A stretch of 64,000 nucleotides of DNA from Acidimicrobiales bacterium (GCA_035531775.1 DATKSG010000014.1:135-64134); one strand, 5' to 3'; shown: positions 1 to 10,690, numbered from the stretch's first letter. Made by a program: numbers and translations. The notes: generated by a model not told the origin, from the letters alone.

Positions 1-1313
1 TCGTCGGGGGATCGGGGGCGGGCGCCTCCGGTCTCGAATACTCCGACAACGCTTTGTTGACAGGCAAGGCGGGCTCGCTGATAGTGCAGAAGACGCCCGA
101 TGACGTGCCTCTGCCTGGCACCGACACAGCCAGCGGGGCGGTGCCCGGCAGCGGGTTGGAGCTGACACTGGACGAGCCCCTGCAATACGTCACCGAGCAG
201 TCCCTCGGTGCCGCCATCACCTCGGCGCACGCCAAAAGTGGCATCGCCGTCATCATGGACGCCCGCACCGGCGACATCCTGGCCATGGCCAACCTGGTGG
301 CCGACCCGGCCACGGGCAAGGTGAGCCAGGCGGCGTCGAACCTGGACGTCACCAAGGTGTACGAGCCGGGTTCGGTGTTCAAACTGGTCACGTTCTCGGC
401 CGCTCTACAGGCTGGCGTGATCACCCCACAGCAGATGTTCAGCGTCCCCAATTCGTTGAACATCGACGGCTGGGTCTTCCACGACGCCGAGAACCACGCC
501 ACCGAGCAGCTGTCGGCCACCCAGATCCTGGCGCAGTCCTCCAATATCGGGACCATTGAGATCGCCAACCTCCTCGGTCGCGATCGCTTGGCAGCGCAGA
601 TCGCCAACCTCGGCTTCGGGCGCTCCAGCGGGCTCAGCTTCCCCGGTGAGTCCGATGGCCTGGTCCGGGCCGACCCGGCGCAGTGGTCGGGCTCGGCCAT
701 GGGATCGACGCCCATCGGGCAGGACGACGCGGTGACCGCCCAGCAGGTGTTGGACATGGTGAACACGGTGGCCACCGGCGGCGTGTTCGTCCCGCCCCGC
801 CTGGTGCGGGCCACGGTGAGGCCCGACGGCACCTTGGCCGATGTCCCGCCGCTGTCGACACACCGGATCCTGGCGCCGGCGGTGTCGGCCGAGCTCACCA
901 CCATGATGGAGCAGGTCGTCCAAGACGGCACCGCCGTGAGCGCCGGCATCCCGGGCTATACGGTGGCCGGCAAGACGGGCACGGCCCAGGTCCCCGACCC
1001 GGTGCACGGGGGCTATATTCCGGGCGCCTACATGGCCACCTTCGCCGGGTTCGCCCCGGCCGAGCACCCGGTGCTCTCGGCCATCGTGGTCCTCGAGCAG
1101 CCCACGCCCATCTACGGAGGGGTGGTGGCCGCCCCGGTGTTCTCGCAGGTCATGAGATACGCACTGCACCGCTACGGCGTGCCCACCTCCCCGGCCGGCG
1201 CCCTGGTCGGGGGTACGGCGCAGTCGGTGCCGCTGAGCTCGCCGGTTCCGGCGCCCGGATCCAGCCCCGCTACGATCGGCGCCAACGCCGGCACTCCCAC
1301 GGGCACCCCGTGA
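1..1313 (+). CDS. ftsI: Penicillin-binding protein, transpeptidase domain (FtsI/PBP3-like); 5' end lies outside the window
   Basis: The frame is open from the window edge. It carries SxxK (GSVFK), SxN (SSN) and KTG (KTGT) motifs. It sits at the head of a dcw-type cluster. Confidence 0.85.
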   Translation, partial: VGGSGAGASGLEYSDNALLTGKAGSLIVQKTPDDVPLPGTDTASGAVPGSGLELTLDEPLQYVTEQSLGAAITSAHAKSGIAVIMDARTGDILAMANLVADPATGKVSQAASNLDVTKVYEPGSVFKLVTFSAALQAGVITPQQMFSVPNSLNIDGWVFHDAENHATEQLSATQILAQSSNIGTIEIANLLGRDRLAAQIANLGFGRSSGLSFPGESDGLVRADPAQWSGSAMGSTPIGQDDAVTAQQVLDMVNTVATGGVFVPPRLVRATVRPDGTLADVPPLSTHRILAPAVSAELTTMMEQVVQDGTAVSAGIPGYTVAGKTGTAQVPDPVHGGYIPGAYMATFAGFAPAEHPVLSAIVVLEQPTPIYGGVVAAPVFSQVMRYALHRYGVPTSPAGALVGGTAQSVPLSSPVPAPGSSPATIGANAGTPTGTP

Positions 1314-1335
1314 TCTGGCCGCCGGCCCTCCCATC

Positions 1336-2760
1336 GTGCGCATGGACCGGTTGCTCGAAGCTGTCGACCTCATCGCCGTCACCGGTGACCCTTCCCGGGC
1401 CGAGGTGACGTCCGTCGCGCTCGACAGTCGCCGCGTCGAACCGGGGGCGCTGTTCTGCTGCTTGCCCGGGCATCATGCCGATGGCCACGATTTCGCCCAC
1501 CGTGCTCTATCAGGCGGTGCCGTCGGGCTGCTGGTGGAGCGGCACCTGCCCGGCATAGAGGCCCCGCAAGCGGTGGTGGCCCCTGGCATGGCTCGGCGGG
1601 CGATGGCCCAGGTCTCCAAGGCTCTGTACCACGACCCGGCGTCCGCGCTCACTACGGTCGGCGTCACCGGTACCAACGGGAAGACCACGGTGACGCATCT
1701 GCTGGCCGCTATCTTCGAGGCGCACGGCATACCCTGCGCCGTCATCGGCACCCTCGACGGAGCCAGGACCACCCCCGAGGCACCCGACCTGCAGCGCCTA
1801 TTGGCCGAAGCACGTGACGGGGGTCGGGCGGCGGTGTCCATGGAAGTGTCGTCGCATGCACTCACCGAAGCTCGCGTGGACGGCATCGTCTTCACCGCCG
1901 CCGTCTTCACCAACTTGAGCCACGACCACCTGGACCATCACGGGACCATGGAGGCGTACTTCGAGGCCAAGGCCGAGTTGTTCACCCCCCAGCGCACCGC
2001 CTTGGGCGTGGTCAACGCCGAGGACACGTGGGGACAGAAGCTCATAGACTGGTCCACGGTTCCGATCGTGGTCTACGGCGAGAGCGATGCCAGTGCCGTG
2101 CAGTCGCTGCCTACGGGAACGAGCTTCACATGGCGCGGACGCCGGGTGGGACTGCGGCTGAGCGGCCGGTACCACGTGGTCAATGCCGTGGCTGCCGCCA
2201 CCACCGCCTCCGCCTTAGGCGTGCCCGACGACGCCGTCGTCGCCGGGTTGGAGGCGGCCGCGCCGGTGCCGGGGCGCTTCGAGGTGGTGGCTCCGGGTGG
2301 GCCTTTCACGGTGGTGGTGGACTATGCCCACACCCCCGAAGGCCTGCGCAGCGCCCTGCGAAGCGCCCGTCAGCTGGCCGGCACCGGTCGGGTGGTGTGC
2401 ATGTTCGGTTGTGGGGGAGAACGTGATCGGGCCAAGCGCCCGGCCATGGGTGCGGTGGCCGCCGCCGATGCCGATGTGGTCGTGATTACCTCGGACAACC
2501 CCCGGGGGGAGGAGCCCAGGTCCATCATCGACGACATCCTGACCGGAGCGCACGGGAGCGCCGAGGTGGTGGTGGAGCTCGAGCGACGCGCCGCCATCGG
2601 CCGGGCTCTGGATCTGGCCCGTGGCGGTGACGTCGTGCTGCTGGCCGGCAAGGGCCATGAGCAGGCCATCGAGGCCGGCGGCCGGTTTCTCCCCTTTGAT
2701 GACCGGGTGGAGGCGGCCGCCGCCCTGGCCGAGCGCGGGCAGGGGGCGAGCGAGCCGTGA
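1336..2760 (+). CDS. murE: UDP-N-acetylmuramoyl-L-alanyl-D-glutamate--2,6-diaminopimelate ligase
   Basis: Mur ligase P-loop GVTGTNGKTT. DNPR motif (ITSDNPRGE), typical of mDAP-adding MurE. dcw position. The start could be GTG 1336 or ATG 1342. Confidence 0.9.
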   Translation: MRMDRLLEAVDLIAVTGDPSRAEVTSVALDSRRVEPGALFCCLPGHHADGHDFAHRALSGGAVGLLVERHLPGIEAPQAVVAPGMARRAMAQVSKALYHDPASALTTVGVTGTNGKTTVTHLLAAIFEAHGIPCAVIGTLDGARTTPEAPDLQRLLAEARDGGRAAVSMEVSSHALTEARVDGIVFTAAVFTNLSHDHLDHHGTMEAYFEAKAELFTPQRTALGVVNAEDTWGQKLIDWSTVPIVVYGESDASAVQSLPTGTSFTWRGRRVGLRLSGRYHVVNAVAAATTASALGVPDDAVVAGLEAAAPVPGRFEVVAPGGPFTVVVDYAHTPEGLRSALRSARQLAGTGRVVCMFGCGGERDRAKRPAMGAVAAADADVVVITSDNPRGEEPRSIIDDILTGAHGSAEVVVELERRAAIGRALDLARGGDVVLLAGKGHEQAIEAGGRFLPFDDRVEAAAALAERGQGASEP

Positions 2761-3788
2761 TCAGCCTCATGGCATCGGGTGGTCTGGCCCTGTGGGTGGC
2801 CGGGCTCGGGACGCCGCTGCTCATCCACTGGCTGCTGCGCCGCCGCATCGGACAACAAATCCGCTCCGACGGCCCGTTCATGCACCATGCCAAGGCGGGC
2901 ACTCCCACCATGGGTGGGGTGGCCATTATCGGCGCCGCCCTCGGCGGGTATCTCCTCAGCCACATCGGCACCCACGTGGCCTTCAGCCGGCCCGGCGTCC
3001 TCGTGGTGCTGGCCACGGTGTCGGCCGGGATCGTCGGGCTCGTGGACGACTGGATCAAGGTCCGTCACAGGCGGAGCCTCGGGCTCAACAAACGGGGCAA
3101 GTTCGGAGCATTGACGGTAATCGCCGTGGGCTTCGCCTTGGCTTCGGAACACTGGGCCGGGGTGAACACCCATCTGTCCTTCACCCGTTGGGACTCCTTC
3201 GGCCTCGAGCTCGGCACCGTCGGATGGGTGCTGTGGGCCGTGCTGGTCATGGTGGGCACTGCCAATGCCGTCAATCTGACCGACGGCCTCGACGGCTTGG
3301 CGTCGGGATCGGCCACCTTTTGCTTCGCCTGTTTGGCGGTGATCGGCTACTGGCAATTCCGCCACCTCTCGCTGTACCACGTGGAGTCGGCGCTCGACTT
3401 GGCCTTGGCCGCCGTGGCGCTGGCCGGGGCTTGTCTCGGGTTCTTATGGTGGAATGCGGCGCCGGCCCGGATCTTCATGGGTGATACCGGTTCTCTGGCC
3501 ATTGGCACCGGCCTGGCCGCCCTCTGTCTGCAGATGAACCTGCAGTTGCTCTTACCCGTCATCGGCGGCCTGTTCGTGATCGTGACGTTGTCGGTGGTCA
3601 TCCAGGTGGTGAGCTTTCGCGTCTTCCATCGGCGCGTGTTCCGCATGGCGCCCATCCACCACCACTTCGAGCTGGCGGGGTGGCCCGAGACGACCGTCAT
3701 CATCAGGTTCTGGATCCTCGGCGGCCTGTTCGCTGCCTTCGGCCTCGGCTTGTTCTATGCCGACTTCCTGGCCGCCACGGCTCACTGA
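2757..3788 (+). CDS. mraY: Phospho-N-acetylmuramoyl-pentapeptide transferase
   Basis: Polytopic membrane protein with NAVNLTDGLDGLA and PIHHHFELAGW motifs. GTGA overlap with the murE stop. Confidence 0.9.
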   Translation: MISLMASGGLALWVAGLGTPLLIHWLLRRRIGQQIRSDGPFMHHAKAGTPTMGGVAIIGAALGGYLLSHIGTHVAFSRPGVLVVLATVSAGIVGLVDDWIKVRHRRSLGLNKRGKFGALTVIAVGFALASEHWAGVNTHLSFTRWDSFGLELGTVGWVLWAVLVMVGTANAVNLTDGLDGLASGSATFCFACLAVIGYWQFRHLSLYHVESALDLALAAVALAGACLGFLWWNAAPARIFMGDTGSLAIGTGLAALCLQMNLQLLLPVIGGLFVIVTLSVVIQVVSFRVFHRRVFRMAPIHHHFELAGWPETTVIIRFWILGGLFAAFGLGLFYADFLAATAH

Positions 3789-3796
3789 GGTAGCGG

Positions 3797-5131
3797 GTGC
3801 CCCGCCGGCGGGTCCTGGTCTACGGCCTCGGTGTAAGCGGCGAGGCTGCCATCCGGCACCTGCTCGCCGACGGCGTGGAGGTGGTGGCAGCTGACGACGA
3901 CCCGGCCGAGCCTGCCCGGCGCAGGGCCCGTGAACTCGGGGTGGAACTTGTGGTGGCTCCCGACGCCCCGACCCTGGCGCTTCTGGCCGACGAGTTCGAC
4001 GAGGTGGTGGTGAGCCCGGGTGTCCCCGCTCACCACCGGGTGCTGGCCCTAGGCGCATCGGTGTCATTGGTGGGCGACGTCGAGCTGGCATGGCGCCGGG
4101 CCACAGTGCCGATGGTGGCGATCACCGGCACCAACGGCAAGACCACGGTGGTTACCTTGGTGACGTCCATGCTCCAAGCTTCGGGGCGTCGAGCCGTGGC
4201 CGGAGGCAACATCGGCACTCCCTTGCTCGACGCTGTGGTGGGCGAGGTCGACGTGGTGGTGGCCGAGGTGTCGTCGTTTCAGCTGGCTCTCACCACCTCG
4301 TTTCGTCCGGCGGTGGCGGCGTGGCTCAACTTCTCGGCTGACCACCTCGACTGGCACCCGTCGCTGGAGCACTACCGGTCGGCCAAGACACGGTTGTGGG
4401 CCAATGCCGGCCCCGGCGATGTGGCCGTGGCCAACGCCGAGGATGCCGTGGTGCTCGAGGCCAGCCGTGTCCCCGCCGCGCGCGGTGCGTCAGTGGTGAC
4501 CTTCGGCCTCGACGCCGGTGACTACCGGATCGAGCGCGACGTCATCTTAGGGCCGACTGGTGAGTTCGGGCCGGTGGCCGACCTTCCCCGATCGTTTCCG
4601 CACGAGCTGAGCGACGCCCTGTGCGCAGTGGCGTCGGCGTCGGCGATGGCGGCCGCCGCCGACGCGTGTTGGAGCGCCCTGCGTCAGTTCCGGGGCCTCC
4701 CCCACCGCGTGCAGCTGGTGGGGGAGGCTAAAGGGGTGAAGTACTACGACGATTCCAAGGCGACCACTCCGGGAGCGGTACTGGCCGCCCTGGCCGCCTT
4801 CCCGTCGGTGGTGCTGGTGGCCGGAGGTCGCAACAAGGGCCTGGACCTGACCCCGTTGCGTGAAGCCGCCGCCGGGCTGCGAGCCGTGGTGGCCATCGGT
4901 GAGGCGGCGGGGGAGGTGGAGGTGGTGTTCGAAGGCGCCTGCCCAGTACGACGGGCAGGCTCCATGTCCGATGCCGTGACCGCCGCCGCCGAGCTGGCTC
5001 ACCCCGGCGATGCCGTGGTCCTGTCGCCGGCATGTGCCTCGTTCGATTGGTACCGCTCATATGGCGAACGTGGCGACGACTTCGCCCGTCATGTGCGCGC
5101 TCTGGGTGCCGTGGGGGCTGAACACCCATGA
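3797..5131 (+). CDS. murD: UDP-N-acetylmuramoylalanine--D-glutamate ligase
   Basis: Rossmann-like N-terminus (VLVYGLGVSG), Mur ligase P-loop ITGTNGKTT, dcw position. Confidence 0.85.
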   Translation: MPRRRVLVYGLGVSGEAAIRHLLADGVEVVAADDDPAEPARRRARELGVELVVAPDAPTLALLADEFDEVVVSPGVPAHHRVLALGASVSLVGDVELAWRRATVPMVAITGTNGKTTVVTLVTSMLQASGRRAVAGGNIGTPLLDAVVGEVDVVVAEVSSFQLALTTSFRPAVAAWLNFSADHLDWHPSLEHYRSAKTRLWANAGPGDVAVANAEDAVVLEASRVPAARGASVVTFGLDAGDYRIERDVILGPTGEFGPVADLPRSFPHELSDALCAVASASAMAAAADACWSALRQFRGLPHRVQLVGEAKGVKYYDDSKATTPGAVLAALAAFPSVVLVAGGRNKGLDLTPLREAAAGLRAVVAIGEAAGEVEVVFEGACPVRRAGSMSDAVTAAAELAHPGDAVVLSPACASFDWYRSYGERGDDFARHVRALGAVGAEHP

Positions 5132-6372
5132 GCCCGGCATCACGGTCAGCGAGGTCCTCGAACCCGGCCGAGCAGCGGCGCCGCCCGGCCCTCACCGTCG
5201 TGGGGTCGGGGTCCCGGAGCCGGGTGTCCCGAGCCGACGCCATCCCCACCCACGTGGCGCTGCTGGCCATCGTCGGAGCCTTGTGCGCCATCGGGCTGGT
5301 CATGGTCCTGTGTGCTTCGGCCTACACGTCGCTGCAGTACTACGGATCGGTGTGGACCATATTCGAGCGCCAGGCCCTGTGGATGGCGCTGGGCTCCATC
5401 GCCTTGTACGTCACCTCACGTGTGCGCTACGACCGTTGGCGCCGGCTCCGGGTCGTGATGCTGGTGGGCACGGTGGGTCTGCTCATGGCTGTGCTCGTCC
5501 CCGGTGTCGGTGTGTCGGCCGGCGGATCGAGCCGGTGGATCGGCTTCAGCCAGTTGAGGGTGCAGCCGTCGGAGCTCATGAAGCTGGCTCTGGCTGTGTT
5601 CGCCGCTGACCTGTTGGCGCGCCGAGCCGACCAAGTGCACGAGCCGAGACGCGTGGCGGCGCCGCTGTTGCTCATTCTCGCCTTCACGGGCCTGCTAGTG
5701 CTGAAGCAGCCTGACATGGGCACGGCCATCGTGCTCGTGTGCATTACCTTCGGTTTGCTTTATGCCGGGGGAGTGCCAGTGGGGGCCGTCCTCAAGACGC
5801 TGGCCGCCACCACCGTGCTCGGCTTGGTGGTCGGGTTGGCTGAGCCGTATCGCCGCCAGCGCCTGCTCTCGTTCATCAACCCCTTTGCCCATGCCCGAGG
5901 GTCGGGGTACCAGGTGGTGCAGTCGCTCGTCGGCCTGGGCTCAGGCCGGCTCTTCGGCTTGGGCCTCGGAGGTGGTCACCAGCAATGGGGCTTGCTACCC
6001 AATGCCCATACCGACTTCATCTTCGCCGTGGTGGGCCAGGACGGAGGCCTGCTCGGGACCCTCGTGGTGCTGGGCCTCTTCCTCGCCTTGGCCTGGTACG
6101 GCCTGCAAGCGGCCAGCCGCGCCCCCGATCGCTTCGGCGGCCTGCTGGCCATCGCCGCCACCTGCTGGATCACGAGCCAGGCCGTCATCAACATGGGAGC
6201 CGTCATAGGGGTTCTGCCGGTCACCGGGATCCCGCTGCCCTTCGTCTCCTTCGGCGGCTCTTCGCTGGTCATCACCATGATGGCCGCCGGCATCCTCGTG
6301 AACGTGGCCTCGCACGGCAGGGCTCCCGGCGCCCGACGGCTGCCGGCGCGCCCGCGCCGAATGTCGGCGTGA
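5128..6372 (+). CDS. ftsW: SEDS-family peptidoglycan glycosyltransferase FtsW
   Basis: Multi-TM FtsW/RodA-like sequence (QPSELMKLAL, PNAHTDFIFAVVG, PVTGIPLPFVSFGGSS). ATGA overlap with murD. Confidence 0.85.
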   Translation: MSPASRSARSSNPAEQRRRPALTVVGSGSRSRVSRADAIPTHVALLAIVGALCAIGLVMVLCASAYTSLQYYGSVWTIFERQALWMALGSIALYVTSRVRYDRWRRLRVVMLVGTVGLLMAVLVPGVGVSAGGSSRWIGFSQLRVQPSELMKLALAVFAADLLARRADQVHEPRRVAAPLLLILAFTGLLVLKQPDMGTAIVLVCITFGLLYAGGVPVGAVLKTLAATTVLGLVVGLAEPYRRQRLLSFINPFAHARGSGYQVVQSLVGLGSGRLFGLGLGGGHQQWGLLPNAHTDFIFAVVGQDGGLLGTLVVLGLFLALAWYGLQAASRAPDRFGGLLAIAATCWITSQAVINMGAVIGVLPVTGIPLPFVSFGGSSLVITMMAAGILVNVASHGRAPGARRLPARPRRMSA

Positions 6373-7499
6373 GTCGGCGACCGTACGCCCTGGTGGCCGG
6401 CGGCGGCACGGGAGGCCACCTGGTGCCGGCGTTGGCGGTGGCCCGAGCGCTCGGGCGTGGCCGAGGCGAGGGCTCGGTGGAGCTGGTCGGCTCGCGTCGG
6501 GGTCTCGATGCCGAACTGTTGGCCGAGGCCGGCTTGCCGGTGCGACTGCTGCCGGGACGGGGCTTCGTCCGCCGGCTGTCGCCGGGGGCGGCGGCGTCGA
6601 ACGTTATTGCCGTGGCCGAGCTGGCTGTGGCCGTGATCCTGGCCTTCGTATTGGTGGGCCGCCGCCGTCCGGCCGTGGTGGTGGCGATGGGGGGCTACGC
6701 CTCGGTGGCCGGCTCGGTCGCCGCCGTGCTGTGGCGGGTGCCGGTGGTGCTGGTCAACGTCGATGCCGTGCCGGGAGCAGCCAATCGCCTCATCGGGCGG
6801 TTTGCCCGGGCAGCGGCGGTGGCCTTCCCGGGCACGGCGCTGCCGAGGGCAGTGGTCACCGGGGCTCCGGTGCGCCCCGAGATCGCCGACGCCGCCCATC
6901 CCGACGCCGCGTCGCGTCTCGAGGCGCGCCGGGCGCTGGGCTTGCCCGAAGGAGGGCAGGTGATCGGCGCCGTGGGCGGATCGCTCGGGGCGGCGCGCAT
7001 AAACGAAGCTCTGCTCGAGCTGGCCCGGCTGTGGGCCGACCGGACCGATGTGGCGCTTTACCACGTGGTCGGGAGGCGCGACTACCAATGGGTGGCGGCC
7101 GCCGGCTCGGGGGCCGCTGGGGCTGCGCTGCGGTACGTGCAGGTGGCCTATGAAGAGCGCATGGCGCTGTTCTACCGTGCCTCGGACGTGGTGGTGTGCC
7201 GGGCTGGCGCCAACACTGTGGCCGAACTGGCCGTGGTCGGTGTGCCCGCTGTGCTCGTCCCGTTGCCCGGCGCTCCCGGGGACCATCAGAGCGCCAATGC
7301 CCGTGCCTTGGCTCAGGCTGGCGCGGCAGTGATCCTGGCCGACGACGCCTGCACCGGCGCTCGCCTGGCCGACGTCCTCGAGGACATGCTCGGCGATCCT
7401 GGCCGGCTCGAGGCCATGGCCACGGCCGGCGCCGCGCTCGGCCGGCCCGACGCCGTGGAGGCGGTGGCGGCCGTGGTGGAAGCCGAGGCCCGGAAGTGA
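6369..7499 (+). CDS. murG: UDP-N-acetylglucosamine--N-acetylmuramyl-(pentapeptide) pyrophosphoryl-undecaprenol GlcNAc transferase
   Basis: G-loop GGGTGGHLVPALAVA. GTG 6369 overlaps the ftsW stop (GTGA). The ORF-track start at 5985 lies inside ftsW. Confidence 0.85.
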   Translation: MSRRPYALVAGGGTGGHLVPALAVARALGRGRGEGSVELVGSRRGLDAELLAEAGLPVRLLPGRGFVRRLSPGAAASNVIAVAELAVAVILAFVLVGRRRPAVVVAMGGYASVAGSVAAVLWRVPVVLVNVDAVPGAANRLIGRFARAAAVAFPGTALPRAVVTGAPVRPEIADAAHPDAASRLEARRALGLPEGGQVIGAVGGSLGAARINEALLELARLWADRTDVALYHVVGRRDYQWVAAAGSGAAGAALRYVQVAYEERMALFYRASDVVVCRAGANTVAELAVVGVPAVLVPLPGAPGDHQSANARALAQAGAAVILADDACTGARLADVLEDMLGDPGRLEAMATAGAALGRPDAVEAVAAVVEAEARK

Positions 7500-8869
7500 G
7501 CGGAGCCTTCGACCTGAGCCGGCCCCTGCGGATACACGTGGTGGGGGCGGGGGGAGCGGGTATGAGCGCCATCGCCTCGGTCCTGTCGGCCATGGGGAAC
7601 CGGGTGACCGGCAGCGACCTCAAGTGGTCGGCAGCCCTCGAGCGCTTACGCCCTTCGGGTGTAGCGCTGTCGGTCGGCCATGATGCCGTTGCGGTGGGCG
7701 ATGCCGATGTGATCACGGTGTCGAGCGCCGTGCCCGAGGGAAACCCCGAGGTGGTCGAGGCCCGCCGCCGTGGCATTCGCGTGTTGACGCGGGCCGAGAT
7801 GCTGGCCGCAGTGTGCGCCCGTCGCCGCTGCGTGGCGGTGTCGGGTACCCATGGCAAGACCACCACCACTTCGATGCTCTCGCTCATCTTGGTGGAAGCC
7901 GGCCTTCGCCCAAGCTTCCTGATCGGGGGCGACGTCAACGAGATAGGGACGAACGCCGTATGGGACACCGGCGAGTGGCTGGTGGTCGAGGCCGACGAGA
8001 GCGATGGGACTTTTCTCGAACTTGACCCGGAGATCGCCGTGGTCACCAACGTGGAACCCGATCATCTGGACTACTACGGCTCCTTCGAGGAGTTGGTGGC
8101 GGCCTTCGACCGCTTCTGCGACGGCCGGACCGGTGGGGTGGTGGCCGGCGCCGACGATGCCCTGGCCGCCGCCGTGGGGGGTCGCCACGGAGCCGACCTG
8201 GTGGGGATGTCGGCTTCGGCCTCATTCCGGCTCCGCAACGAGCATCGCCATGGTGGAGGTGTGGCCTTCGACCTGTGGCACGGGGCCGAGAACCTCGGAT
8301 CGCTCGAGCTACCGGTGCTCGGGGCCAAGATCGCCCAGAACGCAGCCATCGCCACCGTGACGGCATTGCTGGTCGGTGCCTCCATGGAGGCGGCTTCGGC
8401 TGCCTTGGCTCGCTTCGCCGGCGTGGCGCGCCGATACGAACGCCGAGGTGAAGCGAACGGCGTACGTTTCGTGGACGACTACGCCCATTTGCCGACGGAG
8501 GTGCATGCCGTGTTGGCGGCGGCACGGGGAGAGGCTGAGCGCTTGGTAGTGGTGTTCCAGCCTCACCGCTACAGCCGGACGGCGGCCCTCGGTGAACAGT
8601 TCGCCGATGCCTTCGACGGCGCCGACGTGGTCATCGTCACCGATGTCTTCGGAGCCGGCGAGGCTCCGGTGCCGGGAGTGACCGGCAAGGTGGTGGCCGA
8701 TGCCGTGCGTCGGGCCCACCCTGACACCGATGTGAACTTCGTGGCTGGGCGCGCCGAGTTGCGCCAGTATCTGGCCCGTCGGCTTCGGCCCGGCGATCTG
8801 TGCCTGACGTTGGGAGCCGGCGACCTCACCACCCTGCCTGACGAGCTGCTGGGCGCCCCGTCGTGGTGA
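7496..8869 (+). CDS. murC: UDP-N-acetylmuramate--L-alanine ligase
   Basis: HVVGAGGAGMSAIA nucleotide-binding N-terminus and GTHGKTTTTSM P-loop. GTGA overlap with the murG stop. Confidence 0.85.
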   Translation: MSGAFDLSRPLRIHVVGAGGAGMSAIASVLSAMGNRVTGSDLKWSAALERLRPSGVALSVGHDAVAVGDADVITVSSAVPEGNPEVVEARRRGIRVLTRAEMLAAVCARRRCVAVSGTHGKTTTTSMLSLILVEAGLRPSFLIGGDVNEIGTNAVWDTGEWLVVEADESDGTFLELDPEIAVVTNVEPDHLDYYGSFEELVAAFDRFCDGRTGGVVAGADDALAAAVGGRHGADLVGMSASASFRLRNEHRHGGGVAFDLWHGAENLGSLELPVLGAKIAQNAAIATVTALLVGASMEAASAALARFAGVARRYERRGEANGVRFVDDYAHLPTEVHAVLAAARGEAERLVVVFQPHRYSRTAALGEQFADAFDGADVVIVTDVFGAGEAPVPGVTGKVVADAVRRAHPDTDVNFVAGRAELRQYLARRLRPGDLCLTLGAGDLTTLPDELLGAPSW

Positions 8870-9834
8870 GCACGACGCTGGCGAGCGTAGAGGCACTGCG
8901 ACGGCGGTTGGGGATGTCGGCACGTACTGACGAGCCGTTCGGCGTCCGCACCACGTATCGCGTGGGCGGGAGTACTGCGCTGTGGCTCGAAGCAGCCGAC
9001 GAAGACGCTCTGGCCGCTGTGCACGCGGCTTTGCAGGAGGTGGGTGAGCCGGTTCCGTTGTTGGTGCTGGGCAAGGGCTCCAACCTCCTGGTGGCTGACG
9101 GCGGCTTCCCCGGCCTGGTGCTGTCGCTTGGCCCGGGCTTCGCCTGGGTGGAGGTGGAAGACCTCGTCGTGCGTGCCGGGGCAGCCACCGGGTTCCCGGT
9201 GGTGGCGCGGAAGTCGGTCGGCGCCGGTCTGCGCGGGCTGGAATGGGCAGTGGGCGTACCGGGCTCGGTGGGTGGAGCCCTGCGGATGAACGCCGGGGGC
9301 CACGGCGCCGACACGGCGTCGGTGTTGCAGGGCTTCCGGGCTTTCGACCTAGCGTCGGGCGAGGTGTGTGAGTGCCGAGGCGAGGAGCTTGGTGCCCGCT
9401 ACCGTCACTCGGCCCTCGGTCCTGCCCATGTGGTGATCTCGGCTGCGTTCTCCCTGACCGTCGGTGACGGCGCTCAAGCTCGGGCGGCGCTGGCCGAAAT
9501 CGTGCGGTGGCGGCGACGTAACCAGCCCGGTGGGTCCAACGCCGGATCGGTGTTCACCAACCCCGAAGAAGGCGCCGCCGGGCTGCTCATCGAGCAGGCC
9601 GGGTTGAAGGGCCTGCGCCTGGGCAGCGCCCAGGTATCGCCCAAGCACGCCAACTTCATCCAGGCCGACGAAGGAGGGTCGGCCGACGACGTCCGGCGCT
9701 TGATCGACCACGTCCGGGTGGTGGTGGCCGAGCGCACCGGGGTGCGCCTGGTCCCCGAGCTGCGCATGGTGGGGTTCCCCGATACCCCGCCGCCCATGGT
9801 GCAGACCTCACTGTCAACTGGAGGTCCACAGTGA
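8863..9834 (+). CDS. murB: UDP-N-acetylenolpyruvoylglucosamine reductase
   Basis: FAD-binding MurB-like sequence (TTYRVGG, GKGSNLLV, GSNAGSVFTNP, KHANFI). The start is GTG 8863 or GTG 8866; the latter gives a GTGA overlap with murC. Confidence 0.85.
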   Translation: MVSTTLASVEALRRRLGMSARTDEPFGVRTTYRVGGSTALWLEAADEDALAAVHAALQEVGEPVPLLVLGKGSNLLVADGGFPGLVLSLGPGFAWVEVEDLVVRAGAATGFPVVARKSVGAGLRGLEWAVGVPGSVGGALRMNAGGHGADTASVLQGFRAFDLASGEVCECRGEELGARYRHSALGPAHVVISAAFSLTVGDGAQARAALAEIVRWRRRNQPGGSNAGSVFTNPEEGAAGLLIEQAGLKGLRLGSAQVSPKHANFIQADEGGSADDVRRLIDHVRVVVAERTGVRLVPELRMVGFPDTPPPMVQTSLSTGGPQ

Positions 9835-10640
9835 GCGCGCCACCCACCACCGTGACTCGACCCCGGCCTCCTATGGACCGGCGCATCGGCCAGCGACGCG
9901 CCGCTGTCATCCGGGCCCGAGGACGTCGTCGTTTGAAGGTGGTGGTGGGGCTTCTGGTGGTGACGGCCCTGGCGGTGGGGGCGGAGGCGCTGGCCCACTC
10001 AGCGTGGCTTTCGGCCCGACACCTCGTGGTGGTGGGGGCTGTCCATACCCCACCAGCGGAGGTATTACGAGCCGCTGGTCTCAGCACCCACCCTCCGCTC
10101 GCAGGTCTCGATCCCGGGGCGGAGGCGGTGGCGGTCCAGGGACTGCCCTGGGTGGAGCGCGCCACCGTGGAGCGACGGTGGCCCGACACCGTGGTGGTCG
10201 ACATTGTGGAGCGAGTCCCGGTGGCGGCGGTGCCAACTGCCCGTGGCGGCGAGTTCGCCTTGGTGGACGCCAGTGGCCGGGTGGTGCAGTGGTCGATGAC
10301 GGCCGGGCCCCTTCCCTTGCTGCGATCCCCGGCTGCGCCTGGCCGCCCGGGCTCGACGTTGGGGTCGGGGGCCGGGCCGGGCCTGGCCACCGTGTCGGCG
10401 GCGATGGCGATCGTGCCCGGTCGCGTCCACGGTGTAGCGGTGGCCGCCGACGGGTCGGTCACCCTCGATCTGGGTTCCGGCATCCAGGTCCTGGTGGGCG
10501 CCGACACCGGCCTGACGGCCAAACTCGACGCTCTGGCCAGCCTGCTGGCCGGAGTGGCGCCCACGGGGCCAGAGGTGATCGACGTGCGGGTGCCCGGAGA
10601 GCCGACCACCAGCGCCGTGGGAACACCGGGGACCGGGTGA
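9831..10640 (+). CDS. ftsQ: Cell division protein FtsQ (POTRA domain, single N-terminal TM)
   Basis: Basic N-terminus, one TM helix (VVVGLLVVTALAV) and a POTRA-like segment (VVVGAVHTPPAEVLRAAGL...VERRWPDTVVVDIVER). Lies immediately before ftsZ. Confidence 0.7.
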   Translation: MSAPPTTVTRPRPPMDRRIGQRRAAVIRARGRRRLKVVVGLLVVTALAVGAEALAHSAWLSARHLVVVGAVHTPPAEVLRAAGLSTHPPLAGLDPGAEAVAVQGLPWVERATVERRWPDTVVVDIVERVPVAAVPTARGGEFALVDASGRVVQWSMTAGPLPLLRSPAAPGRPGSTLGSGAGPGLATVSAAMAIVPGRVHGVAVAADGSVTLDLGSGIQVLVGADTGLTAKLDALASLLAGVAPTGPEVIDVRVPGEPTTSAVGTPGTG

Positions 10641-10690
10641 GGCCGGTCACCACCAGCCCCATCGGGCCACTGCATGTGCTCCCGCCCTGC